NCBI GenBank assembly: GCA_048772705.1
Contig: JBLWGC010000211.1
Location: forward strand, 42,795-106,794
Direction: 5' to 3'
Length of the DNA stretch: 64,000 nt
From: Leidyana gryllorum EB-2025a
Taxonomy: Eukaryota > Protista > Apicomplexa
Shown: positions 1 through 11,201 of the stretch, piece after piece
Layout: each line of letters starts with the position of its first letter
How positions within the stretch are numbered: the stretch's first letter is position 1
The notes under the pieces: generated by a model
Told to the model about the DNA's origin: nothing
Databases searched by the model: none
What the model saw: the letters and a program-made list of their open reading frames with translations, nothing else
Position numbers and translations under genes: made by a program

Positions 1-181
1 TGATAGGGGTGTGCAAGGTGGCGAACGTTACCCAAACGTGCGCTCTGGATCCTGACGCCTTTGGAGCCAAAGTGGGGGCAATTGAGGTGGAAGCCTCAGT
101 CACAAAGAAACGACGTCTTCCACTTGAAAACCTAGTAGCTTTTCAATGATGCTTTTGGCCTAGTATTCATCTACACTCTTC

Positions 182-2097
182 GTGAGGATGTGCACAGATG
201 CGCTTACCCTGAATCCCTCCCGAACTTCTCCGCCTCTAGTCCCTTCCTCTCCCCATCCCATCTCGCCTTCTCTATTGGAACAAGCTATCAATATCCATAC
301 TACCCAGACCCTGTCTGCGAGTCTTAACGTATTTATACAGTTGGCTGATAATATTGAGCGTCAGTGGCGGGAACAACCGGCTCGAGTCAACCCTCAGCTG
401 GGTGCCACTCTCGTCAAAAGCGTGTTACAGTTCAAGCAGCCAGGTGCCCTTTCATATTATGAGCTGTTGACGGACCTGACGTGGAAGTTTCAGGAGGTGA
501 GCGTGTAATTCAACACCTTTGACATTGTGTAACTTCAGCTGACCCCTTGCGACTTTCTCCGAAAGGCATACCCGTTGTTACAAGTGACAAGCAGCAATGC
601 CGACGACGATGGCGACAGAGAAATGGTCGCACAGCCGCCCCCAATACAACGGAAAGAGGCTATCAGAGGTTATCGGCGCACCGACTTGTATCGGTTGCGA
701 TTCTTGAGCCATCTCTTCGAGTTATTAGGCATCGAAGTTAACGATAATAAGGCTCCTGCGACCTCGAGAAGTTGTTCCACGACCCGGGAATTCACTAAAC
801 GCTTACAAGAGGTCATAGGCGAGCTTCAATTAGACCTGGAAACTGCACTCGTCGGAAGATGCTGGTCCTTCTCTACGTCACGAGGGAGCTTCAACGGAGC
901 GCAATACCGCTCTCTGACCACATCCTCGTCCCGCCTCCCCAAGAATAAGTCCCATCGAGGTACCGCTCGCCCAGACAAACAACCCCCCACCTGGGCACTC
1001 GAGGACTATTCGTCCCAGAATCCAAGCTTAGAGATACCGTCCGTCAATCAATCAGACTTGGCATCTGTCAGCCACAACCGCTCTGAGCAAACGCCCAGCA
1101 CTGCTGGTTCTTTGGAGCAAACTTGCGACAGTACGACTTATTGCGATTCGAGCCCTCCCGCTCCTGCAGATCCAATATCTCAGCTATTGGAGATGATATC
1201 AGCTCCAAGGGCCCCTCCCAATTATTCGCAAGAGGATATTGGGCGAGAGTCCGGGCACCACTGGTTAGAAGTCCTCCCCGGTCTCTGGTGAGCCTATCTG
1301 TCTGGCCGACCTTACATTTGTGTGCATAGGTTGGTGGCCCACGACGAGTACGTTCTTGACTATGATGTTCAACCTCGCTGTGGCGGCCGATTCATCACGC
1401 ATGGTGAGTCCTATCGCGACGAGCATTCCTCAGCGGCGCGGCAGAGGGACCGAAGCAATGCCGCAACCCCCAACCGAATGCCCCGTGCTGTGCCGCTGGA
1501 GAATGAATGCCCGTCGATTCAGCTTGACAGCAGACTCATTGTGTGTTATTCCTTTGGCAGTCCTCAATTGTACGTATAAGGTTCCCGTGGTCGTGCCTCA
1601 CACAGACAGGGCCAGGCATGATATGGTCATGAAGGAGGGCTGTAGACCCAGGACCGCCGCCGCTAGACTGCTGCGTGGGTGTCTTTTCATCACGCAGTCC
1701 ATGATCTACGGCGGTAATCTTGCCCTTCCGTTCAGACCTAATAGTGCTGATTCTACTCTGTAAGTCTTTGTTCGCCATTTCACCACATATCATGTGTGTG
1801 TTGTGTGTGTGCAGAGTGTATCTCACGCTAGTCAGCTACCTGATGCTGTCTCTCGCCTTGCCTGTAGAACGAGCTCTGGGTTTAGCGGAGGGCTTTCTCA
1901 CTGGTTCGAGAGGAGTGGCCAAAGCCGTGCAGAAGCCAGGTCAGACACACTTGGCTCAGCTGTATGCGCTGGCTAGGCTTCTGAGCCGTGCAGGTGCTTC
2001 CGCTCCTACTTCTTCGGTCCGTGAGGAAGACGAAGAGGACGAGGTAACAACGTGTGCGACGTATCCTTCGGGCGGCCTACTAGAGTCCGGAAAGTGA
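182..2097 (+). CDS. Multi-exon protein with a C-terminal degenerate dual-specificity-phosphatase-like domain (probable pseudophosphatase); start uncertain
   Basis: GT-AG introns at 497-538, 1288-1329, 1570-1609 and 1760-1814 join ORFs 182, 575, 1322, 1320 and 1720 in frame. The spliced product contains WLEVLPGLWL ... CLFITQSMIYGGNLALP ... LVSYLMLSLALPVERAL ... HLAQL, matching the DSP scaffold, but it has no HCxxGxxR motif. Confidence 0.5.
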
Positions 2098-2296
2098 CTC
2101 GAAGGATCAGATCTCGCCCAGTCCGAGCGTTTTGGAGGATGCTCCGCAGCTGCGCGTTCGCTGAGGGCTCCTGCAATCGGATGTAGCGCGAGAAGGCAAA
2201 CACGGCGTCCTGCTGGACGGAGCTGAACGTGTCCCATTTATACGTTTCCGGGGCTACATGAATAATAAAGATTATCCACCAAGAAAGGTTCTCCCC

Positions 2297-3896
2297 TCAA
2301 TGCTGCTTACCATCACTCAAGTCGTCCCTCACAATGCTCAGGCTGACCCCCGAATGGCCAATATACGGTGCCGTTCCGAGTGTGTTCAAATCCACGCAGC
2401 GTAGGTAGACTGCGACGAAGTCGCCCCCGTTGTTAATTCTTTTTGCGGCTTCCCCCCCGACCCTCATCGCTTCAATCCTTTTGGCGGGTTCGCACTCCAG
2501 TTGGAACTTCAACTCCAAGCCCGTTCCATCCCAGATCTCGTATACAGAACCGAACTGTGGACTGACAATGGCCGTAGGTCGGCGGCCCGGAATGCCTGTT
2601 TAGGAGTTAGTGCTCACGACGATCATTTCCCGCTTTACCTTTATTCTTGGCCAAAGCCCTCAAATACTCAAATTCAAAGATCCTCCATCTGACCGTCAAA
2701 CTCAGCATGTACGCTCCGGGTTCCATGAACTTTAGCTCGGACGACTCGGCGATGAGTACCCTCTTATCCTGCCCCAAAGTGGGTTCTGGGCACCCCACTG
2801 GACCCGTTTGGCACGGCGGTTGTGACAGGAAACAAGAATTCAGTGATTGAGAAGGCGAACACATTCCTACAAGTTTGTCAGGATTCTGCTGCTGCTGCTG
2901 TTGCTGTTGCTGCTGTTGCTGCGGTAATCTCGGTGGTGGGGGTGGTGGTAACTGAGCCCTCTCGAGCGTTGGCAGAGCTCTCGTAGTCTCAACTACTGCT
3001 GTTCTCTGAACGGCTTCAGGCTGGGGAGGGTCTGCAGGAGGGTCAGCTGCCTTGTGCGCCACATCTATCGAAGTTTGGGTGCTCGCATCGGCCAACTCCA
3101 TCAGCGCACCCCCCCCTCTGTTGTCCTCTGGACTGGCTGGCCGCGCCGTGGGGGGCAGCTGGAAGGAGAAGAGCTGTTCACTGTCTGGGAACAGAGTGCC
3201 AACACTCAACGGGCAGTTGTCAGCCTTGTTGGGCGGGGGCGGCTGCGACATAGAACGTTGTCCGCCCAGAACTCGTCGGCCACCCAGAACTCCGCCGCCT
3301 CCTCTCCGCTTGTTCGAGCCGAGAGGGGGATAATTCGATGCCATCGGATTGAATTTGTTCACCAATCTCCACAGTGTGTCAGTGAGGGAGCGCGTAGCCC
3401 GAGTTTCCCGTCCCTCTTGAGCGGTCGCCCTCCTTCCTCTTTCCCTCAGTTTCCGCGTGTTATTTTGGACCAACACACTGTAATCACTGCTGCTCCTGGA
3501 ACGCAATGAGGAGGAGGTGCTGGATGACCGCCGATGTAGTCGCCGTGAGTCCCGTTTGTCTTGTCGGGCTTGCCGCCGTCGTGGTTGTCGTGCATATCGG
3601 GGGGCTCGAGGGGCCGGAGTAGTGTAATTGGGGCCGGGCCACGCCGCACACAAAGCGGCTGCAGACGGAGAGAAGGGTGCCGTCTGCTGTGGCACGAGGG
3701 GCACTGGCGTACCCCAGTTGGGCCATCTGGGACTGGGAAGCTGTGACGGCGAGGAGCAGCAGGAGCAGGAACACGAGCAGTCGTCGCTACCACTGAGTGA
3801 CGAGGACGAAGGTGGTGAGCCCGATGACATTGGCCGCAGCTGTGAGGGGGGCGGAGACATTCCCCGATAGAATGTGCGAGGAATTGGGCCCTGCAT
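2297..3896 (-). CDS. Low-complexity (Ser/Pro/polyQ) protein with a C-terminal MATH/TRAF-like segment; 3' end uncertain
   Basis: Intron 2596-2638 joins ORF 2607-3896 to ORF 2297-2518, giving VRWRIFEF...IVSPQF...FVAVYLRC, a MATH-like pattern. ORF 2006-2203 may supply further exon sequence. Confidence 0.45.
2886..2921 (-). repeat. CAG/CAA tract encoding 12 Gln
   Basis: Seen directly as a ctg/ttg run on the + strand. Confidence 0.9.
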
Positions 3897-3960
3897 CGCC
3901 TTAGTGCTCTCAAAGGTGCACCTTCCCGAGATGAGATTTGGCTATTGGGTGCCACACCTC

Positions 3961-6900
3961 TCACTCGAGTCGTAATCGACGGCGTTTGCGCGCTTCGTCT
4001 TTACCTTTTTTAGCGTATGACCGTTTCCTCTCCAACTTGGTGGCCGCAGCTTTGATCTTGTCCACCCGCTCCTGCTCCTTGGCTTTCTTTTGCGCGACCG
4101 CTTTGCTCTTCTCCTTCATTAGTGCCAACTTTTCACGTTTCTGAACAGCAGCTCGTTTCACTAATGCTGCCACGTGTTCTTCCTGAGCCGTTAGAGTGGG
4201 TGCTAACAGCCGGTGCTCTTCGCGTTGGTCGGCAGTGGCCTTGGGCAATAACTTCGGAATCGACTTGAAGGGCAACGCTTTGACCAAAGAGGCGGGCAAC
4301 CGCATCGGCTTTGTCTTGACCTCCGGATGTTCCGGTTTGGCGCCATATTCACCCATCTTTGACGATGGCGGTGGGAGTTGAAGATCTGAGAGCAGTATGA
4401 CACATAAAAAAAGTGCGCGACACACATACCTTTGCGAACTTCCATGAATGTTCGGAGACGGTCCCACGACTTGATGTCCAGCATTGGATTACAGAACGGC
4501 TCTAAGGGTACTTTATACCACGTCTTGCAGATAATGACGTCACTGCGACGAATAGGAGCCTCGAAAGCAGCTCGGAATTCCCCCTCGTAACCGCGGGCCT
4601 TCTTGATGATACCGCGAATACCAGATTGGGTCTGGATAGAGACGCCTTGAACTTTGCTGACTTCAAGATCGGATGTGAACATATTCTTGACGAACGCTGT
4701 GTTCTTCTTCACCTCACTGACTTGGCCAACGAACTTCAGTTTCTTCATAATCTTCGGGTTCGGGGTGTTCTCCAAAACCGTTCCGGTCAAGGAGATCCTA
4801 AAGTCTGCCAGCTTTTTGTTGCCGTGTTTTATGGCCAACACGCCAGCACCCGGAGGAGTGTTGAACCCGTGAATGAAGGTCAAGCAATGCATGTGTTCCG
4901 GTGTATACTTCAGATAGCGGATTCGTACATCGTTACGATCTTCCATTGCAAAGTAGGGTAACGACTGATACCGCCGCCATCCAATACTGAAAGTCAACGG
5001 TTCCGTACTTTTGAGAACACGCTGATTGTACCGATGCTTCTTCACACGACAGTTCAGATAAGTCAGTGTCCGTTCACCTGCCAAGACGCCACCCAAGACC
5101 ACAGGACGGCTTCCGTCGAACTTGGTGACTTCTTCAACCCATTCCTCCGGCAGTCCTCTGATAACGATACGGACGAACGTCCCTATGGGAATATCGCTCG
5201 ATCCCGAAAACTGTCCCATTACTCCCTCAACATCTTCTTTGCGTAACTTGGCTTCCGCCTGTTCTTTCTTCCGTTGCTCAAACATTTGCTTTTGGTATTC
5301 CTCAATACTGTCCGGTAACTCCAATACCTCCTTCTCCTCCGTCGTCATACCTGCGTCCCAACCTCCGGTGATGAAGAAGATGGATCGGAGCGTTCGCAAC
5401 CGCTTTATCGGGAACATTCGAAGACGCTCTTTGTCACGTATAACATCGGTTCTGCCTTCGTCGTTATCATCTGACGGCGCCGGCAGACCTTTGACCAAAG
5501 AGTAACGGAACGCATTGGATGGTTTAGTGAGGTCCGGGAGATCGGCATCGAGCCGATCGGAGACACCAGGAGTGTCGTCTTCCTCGTCAAAGAGATCCTC
5601 AGCTTTGGCTGTGGCACCCATCAAACTCTTTCCTGATGACATTATCTCATTGAATATCATCAGATCAATCGTTTTCAGACGTTTCGGGGTATAGATGGCC
5701 TCTTGCCAATTCAACCTCCATTCCCTCGGGAGCTCCTCTTCGGCGGCCTCGGCAGCAGCAGCAGCCCGGCGTGAGACCCGATCGAGGGTCTTTGAGATCC
5801 GACTCACAGATCCCGACATTTTTTCGCTGTCTGTTGTGCGCCGCCCCCTCCTCGATGACGTCTCGTCTTCCCCATCCGAAGAAGCTGTCGTCTCGGGCTC
5901 TTCATCACTGGAGGAGGAGTTATTATCCTCCAGGGCGATTTTCCGCCCGGCTGCTCCATGATCTTCTTGATCAAAGTCTGTCACGGCCAGTCGCGCCCAG
6001 TCATCGTCCGAGAGCTCATCGTCCTGATCCAACAGAGCCTCGCGCTCTTTGGTTGCGTCCTGAGAGGCTCCTTTCCATATTCTCACAGTGGTCTTCTGCA
6101 CCTGTTGCTCCAGCGCGTCTTCGGCTCGGTGTAAAACCCGCATTTTACGCACAGCGTCAGTCATACTGTCCTCACCCTCAGCCTCAGGTGTCTCCCCACC
6201 GTCGTCAGAATCATTGTCATCAGAGTCCTCCCCGGCTGGGGGAGCCTCACTCTCCTCGTCAGAGGTGTCCCAATCCGTGTCTGAGCCTGAGGCCTCCGCC
6301 GCCTCGACAGCACCGGCGTCGTCCTCGGCCGGTTCCGCGTCAGAGGCACCGTCGTTCCCGTCGCGGTTTTCGAGGGCGGCGGCCGGAGTGAAGGCAGCCC
6401 GGTTGGACGGCAGCTTGATATATATGCTCGCCCCCTCCACTTGCAGATTGCCCACGTCACACAGAGGCGCGTATAGAACGCGCTCGTTCTGCTTGAGGCG
6501 TTTGGGGCCGGGTTCCACCAATTTGCGACTCCCAGACTCGGGTAAGGGACACGGGTCGGGAATGACGTCCACAGTCTCAATCTCAAAGTCTCCAGCACCT
6601 GGGATGTGAATTCTCTGGTTTCCGTGTAAGCGAGTGCCGCGCACATAGCCCGAAAAGGCCATAGCGCGAGTGCCCTCCATGTCTTTATCTCCATTGTAAG
6701 CTTCAAGCTCGATAGCCAGAGGCAGGAGATAGGGATGCTGAGACCGCCAAACGAGCGGTTGGTAGCGTTGGACAGCAATGAAGCGACTCAGATTGAGAAC
6801 TTCGCGCTTAAGATACCTCTTCCCTTTCAACCCGGTAAGGAAGAAGAGTTTGGCTCCGTCATAAACTTCAGTCCAGAAGCGATGTTTGAGAGTCTTCTTG

Positions 6901-7515
6901 AGCTTTTTGCACGCCTTGTTGTCTTTGAAAGCGTCGAGCTTCGACAGTACGCCCAGAACGCGTGGAAACCCGTGGGTTTGCATAATATTGAGAAACTCAA
7001 ACGTATCCATCTCGAGCCCTTTGGTGGCATCAACCATCAGGATGGCCAAATCAGCAATCTTGGCCAAGTCAAGGAGGGCCCCAATGTCATTGGGCGCCTC
7101 CACAAAGGTCAATCGACGACTTTTTGATACCACTGTGGTCACAGGACCCGCCAAACTCGTTATCGTCTGTTTGGTATAATGCTTAATCAACGATTTGATT
7201 AGCGTCGATTTTCCGACCCCTGGGGGACCTTGGACCACAACAATATACGGGGGAGCGTCTACTAAGGGCGTTTTATCCACAACGCGCTCATATTTCTCTC
7301 GCTTCTCAGCAATCTCAGCCGCCCGCTGGTTCTTCTTTTGCGCCGAACGCCAACCTCCCGAGAACGTGAAAGCCTAGAAAACTGTAATATGGTCCAGACC
7401 GCAACCCACCTACCTTGTGATTGGGCTTTGAGACATTCTGCTTAGCCTTCTTCTTATTAACCTTGGCTCCTGACTTCTGCGCCCGGTGAGCCTTCTGGCG
7501 AGGCTGGCCTTCCAT
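3961..7515 (-). CDS. BMS1: Ribosome biogenesis GTPase BMS1
   Basis: P-loop GPPGVGKS, LKHRFWTEVYDGAKLFFL, LKYTPEHMHC and C-terminal LPF-containing exon. Introns at 7374-7413 and 4386-4429. Confidence 0.96.
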
Positions 7516-7550
7516 CAGCACAGCCCGTAAATTTTTCAACCACCTGACAA

Positions 7551-8507
7551 ATGGCCGCCCCCGCCGCGCGTGACTAGTGAGTGAACCGATGCCGTTCCGA
7601 GTGTTCGATGCCTTCTCAGCAATCATTTGCTGAAGCTAGTCCTGATTGGAGACACTGGAGTGGGGAAGTCATGTTTGCTGCTCCGTTTCGCAGTAAGATC
7701 TCCCACGTTGTCGCCCACTCCCATCTTTCCTATCAGGACGACACTTTCACTGACAGCTATATAAGCACTATCGGTGTTGACTTCGTAAGAACACTTTCAC
7801 TTTCAATGATTCTGGTGACTTTACAGAGATTCCGTACCATAGATATTGATGGAGAGATTATCAAGCTGCAAATCGTGAGTCGCTCGCTACAGCACACACA
7901 TTACTGCACACACGCAAACTACATCGCAGTGGGATACAGCCGGTCAAGAACGATTCCGAACTATCACTTCAGCGTACTACCGCGGGGCTCATGGAATTGT
8001 TATAGTGTATGACTGTACCAATGAGGTAAATTTCATTGAGCACTGTTTGGCAGTGAGGCGCGCGTCGTTGTCCAACGCCCCCCTGCCCTGCCCTGTTTCG
8101 TGGCTGAAAATGGAATTTCACTCGTCGCAGGAGAGCTTCAACAATGTGGATGCTTGGGTTGCGGAGGTGCAGAACCACGCTGATGAAGCTACCCCGAAGA
8201 TTTTGGTTGGCTGCAAGTCTGATTTGGCTGATGCGCGAGATGTTACAACGGCTGATGCTGAACGGAAAGCCAAGGAACTCGGAGTAGAGTTCGTGGAAAC
8301 ATCAGCTAAGGATGCAACCAATATTCAGGAGCCGTTTGTCCGAATCGCTCAAACGATCTTGAAGCGTTTGTAAGTTGGCATGAATATACATCTACCATTG
8401 GATTGATTATTAATAGGGAGGAACAAGCACCTCAAGCACCGAGCAATCGGCTAAATATTGATGATCAAGCGTCCGACTGGAGCAGTATATTCGGCGGCTG
8501 CTGTTAG
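7551..8507 (+). CDS. RAB1A: Rab1 GTPase (alveolate Rab1A-like), 6 introns
   Basis: Spliced product reads [26 protein letters not shown]...[14 protein letters not shown]...[20 protein letters not shown]...ETSAK. The last exon after intron 8370-8416 ends GGCC*, a prenylation motif. Confidence 0.92.
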
Positions 8508-8529
8508 TTTGAGCTAGCTAAATCTTGTG

Positions 8530-11160
8530 TCACGTTGGAACTTTGTTGTCGTCTTTGTCTTCTTCACAACCTCCCACATGCTGCTGCTGCTTATTATTGT
8601 TATCTTCAGCATCGCCGTGTTGCAGATGAACAATTTGCGCACTGTCTTCGCAAGGATCATTTTCCTGATGATCGTTAGGCCCCCCGTCACCCCAAAGGCT
8701 TTCTTGCGGCGTTTCTCCGAAGTCCCAGTCATCTGAACCGCTGTCATCGGCCGCTTTGGGTGTCTCCACCGCACCCTTCTTTGCTGCGTCGTTGCCCTCC
8801 TCACCAAATTCTCCTTTATCCAGATCCGGGCTCTTGGGCGGCCACTCCTCGTCCCCTGTTTGAAATGCAGGCGCAGTTGTTGCACCAGGGGCGAAGGTCT
8901 CTGGGTCCCGGAATTGGTCCGCAGTGTCTGTTGGCCAACTCTCCCGCCTTTCACTGGTGATTGAAGGAGCTGCGGCCTCCTCCGGAGGCGGCGGGTCAGG
9001 TTTATATCGCGCGGCGCGCAGCTCCTCGGGGATTTCCACCCCGGAGGCTGTCAGCACTCTTTCGAGCGCGTCCAGACGAGATACAAACTCTTCCCCAGCG
9101 ACCAAAAGGGTCAGAGCAATACCTGTGGGACGCTTTAAAAGCAGCCAACTCGTGTGTGTGTGTCACCTACCATTGGCTCCAGCACGGCCCGTGCGGCCAC
9201 ATTGATTGACATAATCTGACATTTCGCGAGGTACTCCATAGTTCACCACCGCATACACCCGCTTGAAGTCGATACCACGACCCAGCAGATTGGTTGATAT
9301 AAGTATATTTATTAGTCCCTTTTCGAACTTCCTCATGACCTGACAGATAATGTCAAGAAGGCTCGACAGCGGCGGCGGCTGCCTACTCACCTGCTCTCTC
9401 TCGTCTTGACGCTGCTCACCGTGGATGAGTGCGCAAAGGTGGTTCGGTAACTCTCTCTTGAGAGCCTCTTCGACGACAAAGAGGTCTAAGGGTGAGTGAG
9501 TCTCTCGTCCCTGGACGAAAGTAAGATTGGGTGCTCACCTGCTCGAAATGTTGTGAAGACAATGACGCGGTACTCGGGAATCGGTCTCAGGAAGTCGATG
9601 AGTGCTGTGAGTCTGTCCTCTTTTCTGTTGACAGTGATGAAACGATGTTCAATGGTCTCGATAGTGTGCGCTTCTTCGGTCCCAATCGTCATTCGAATCG
9701 GAGGAGTGTCGAAGAGGTGGTGCGAGAGGCTGTTGACCTCCGGATTCCAGGTGGCCGTCCACAGAAGTGTTTGACGATCGGGCCGAATATGTCTGCCAAT
9801 GCGCAATAGATCTCTGTGGAATCCGCGGTCCAGCAGTCGATCAGCTTCATCGATTACAAAGTATGTCACATCGCACAGCTCGACCTTTCCCTTCTGCAAG
9901 ACTGGATGGGAGAGGAATTGGCAAAAATGACTCACCGAGACAAAGTCCAATAGCCGGCCTGGTGCGGCGATAAGAACGTGACACTTGGCTTGATTGAATG
10001 CATCTTCGACCACCATACGGTTCCCCTGTCCTCCGATGAGAAGAATTGATTTGTAGCCGAGAAGGTCTAAGAACTCATTGGCTTCAGTCTGAATTTGAGT
10101 ACATAATTCTCGAGTGGGAGCGAGTATTAGTGCTCGAGGCCTCTTCGGCTTAATTGGCAACAATTCTTCGTTGGCCTCCAAGTGGGACAAGAGAGGCACG
10201 ACATAAGTCAAAGTCTTTCCCGTGCCGGTTTCCCCGACGGCTATCAGGTTGTGACCTGAACAGACTATAGGCCATCCTTGCGCCTGGATACTCGTGGGAG
10301 CTCCGAACTTTCCCTGTAGTTTCTCGGTGACATCGGTTCTGAACCCCGCGACATCGAACACCACACACGGGTTCGGGGGGTCAACTGCGGACAGAGTATA
10401 CAATCAACAGCAGTTTCCTACGAGTGAACTCACCCGCAAATGGGCCGTCCAACTTGACTTTATAGCGTTCGCGCATCGCCTCTGCCTCCGCAGGAGCCAT
10501 TGCAGCCACTGCTGGTGCTGGACGGTGAGTGTCCCTCACAAAGGGGGCGAACTGAGAACTATCCAATACGGGCATTGCTGCGAGAGCCCAGGGTTTGGGT
10601 GACCGGTTTCTGCGGGTCGCGTTGGCATCATAGGGCTTCTCTCCATAGCGAACCCGCGGCTCTGGCAGATGATATACGGGGCGGGGCGGGGCCGCCAGGC
10701 CGTAGTGCATTGGCATTTGAGGTGGGCCTGGAGGCCCATGATAATGAGAGTAGCGCCCGCCTGGTTGCGGGAAGGCGGACACTGGGGCTGCTGAGTAGTA
10801 GGCGGAGGAGGGACGGTGCAGATAAGGACTCATCGACCGTGAGTGGACCCAGTGTTCGGGTGGAACGCGACCATGCTGCTGCTGTTGCGGCGGCGGATAC
10901 ATACTACGATAATGAGGGGGCGGCAAATACGGAGGGGGAGGATACTCAGTTGCTGGGGGGTGGTAGGAGGGCCGTCCCCCCCAGCCTTCATGATACTCGT
11001 CTGGTCCCCACCCAGGTTCTGCTCGCCTGGAAGGCCTCTCGCGTGGTTGCGAACGAGAGCGGCGGGTGCGTCTCCGTCTCCTTTCCGGATAGGGGGAGCT
11101 ACTGGAGTCGGAAGAACTTTCGTAGTCGTGGGAACTCCGGCCCCGCACCCTCCTAGCCAT
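8530..11160 (-). CDS. DEAD-box RNA helicase with an RS/Pro-Tyr-rich N-terminus and acidic C-terminus
   Basis: Q motif PTSIQAQGWP, GETGTGKT, PTREL, DEAD, TAT, RGID and GRTGRAG, spread over ORFs 10381-11208, 9486-10403, 9163-9390 and 8530-9105, which are joined by short introns. Confidence 0.85.
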
Positions 11161-11201
11161 CGTGTTGTTGTTCTTCTTGGGGAAGAGCGCCCGAAAAAGG
11201 C

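Noticed and set aside
4203-4467. Apparent frameshifts or pseudogenes between overlapping ORFs (BMS1, RPC2, METTL13, PPIL4 and others)
   Set aside because: Where checked, they resolve as ordinary short GT-AG introns.
8371-8373. Rab1 apparently lacking a prenylation motif
   Set aside because: The stop lies in an intron (8370-8416); the next exon ends GGCC*.
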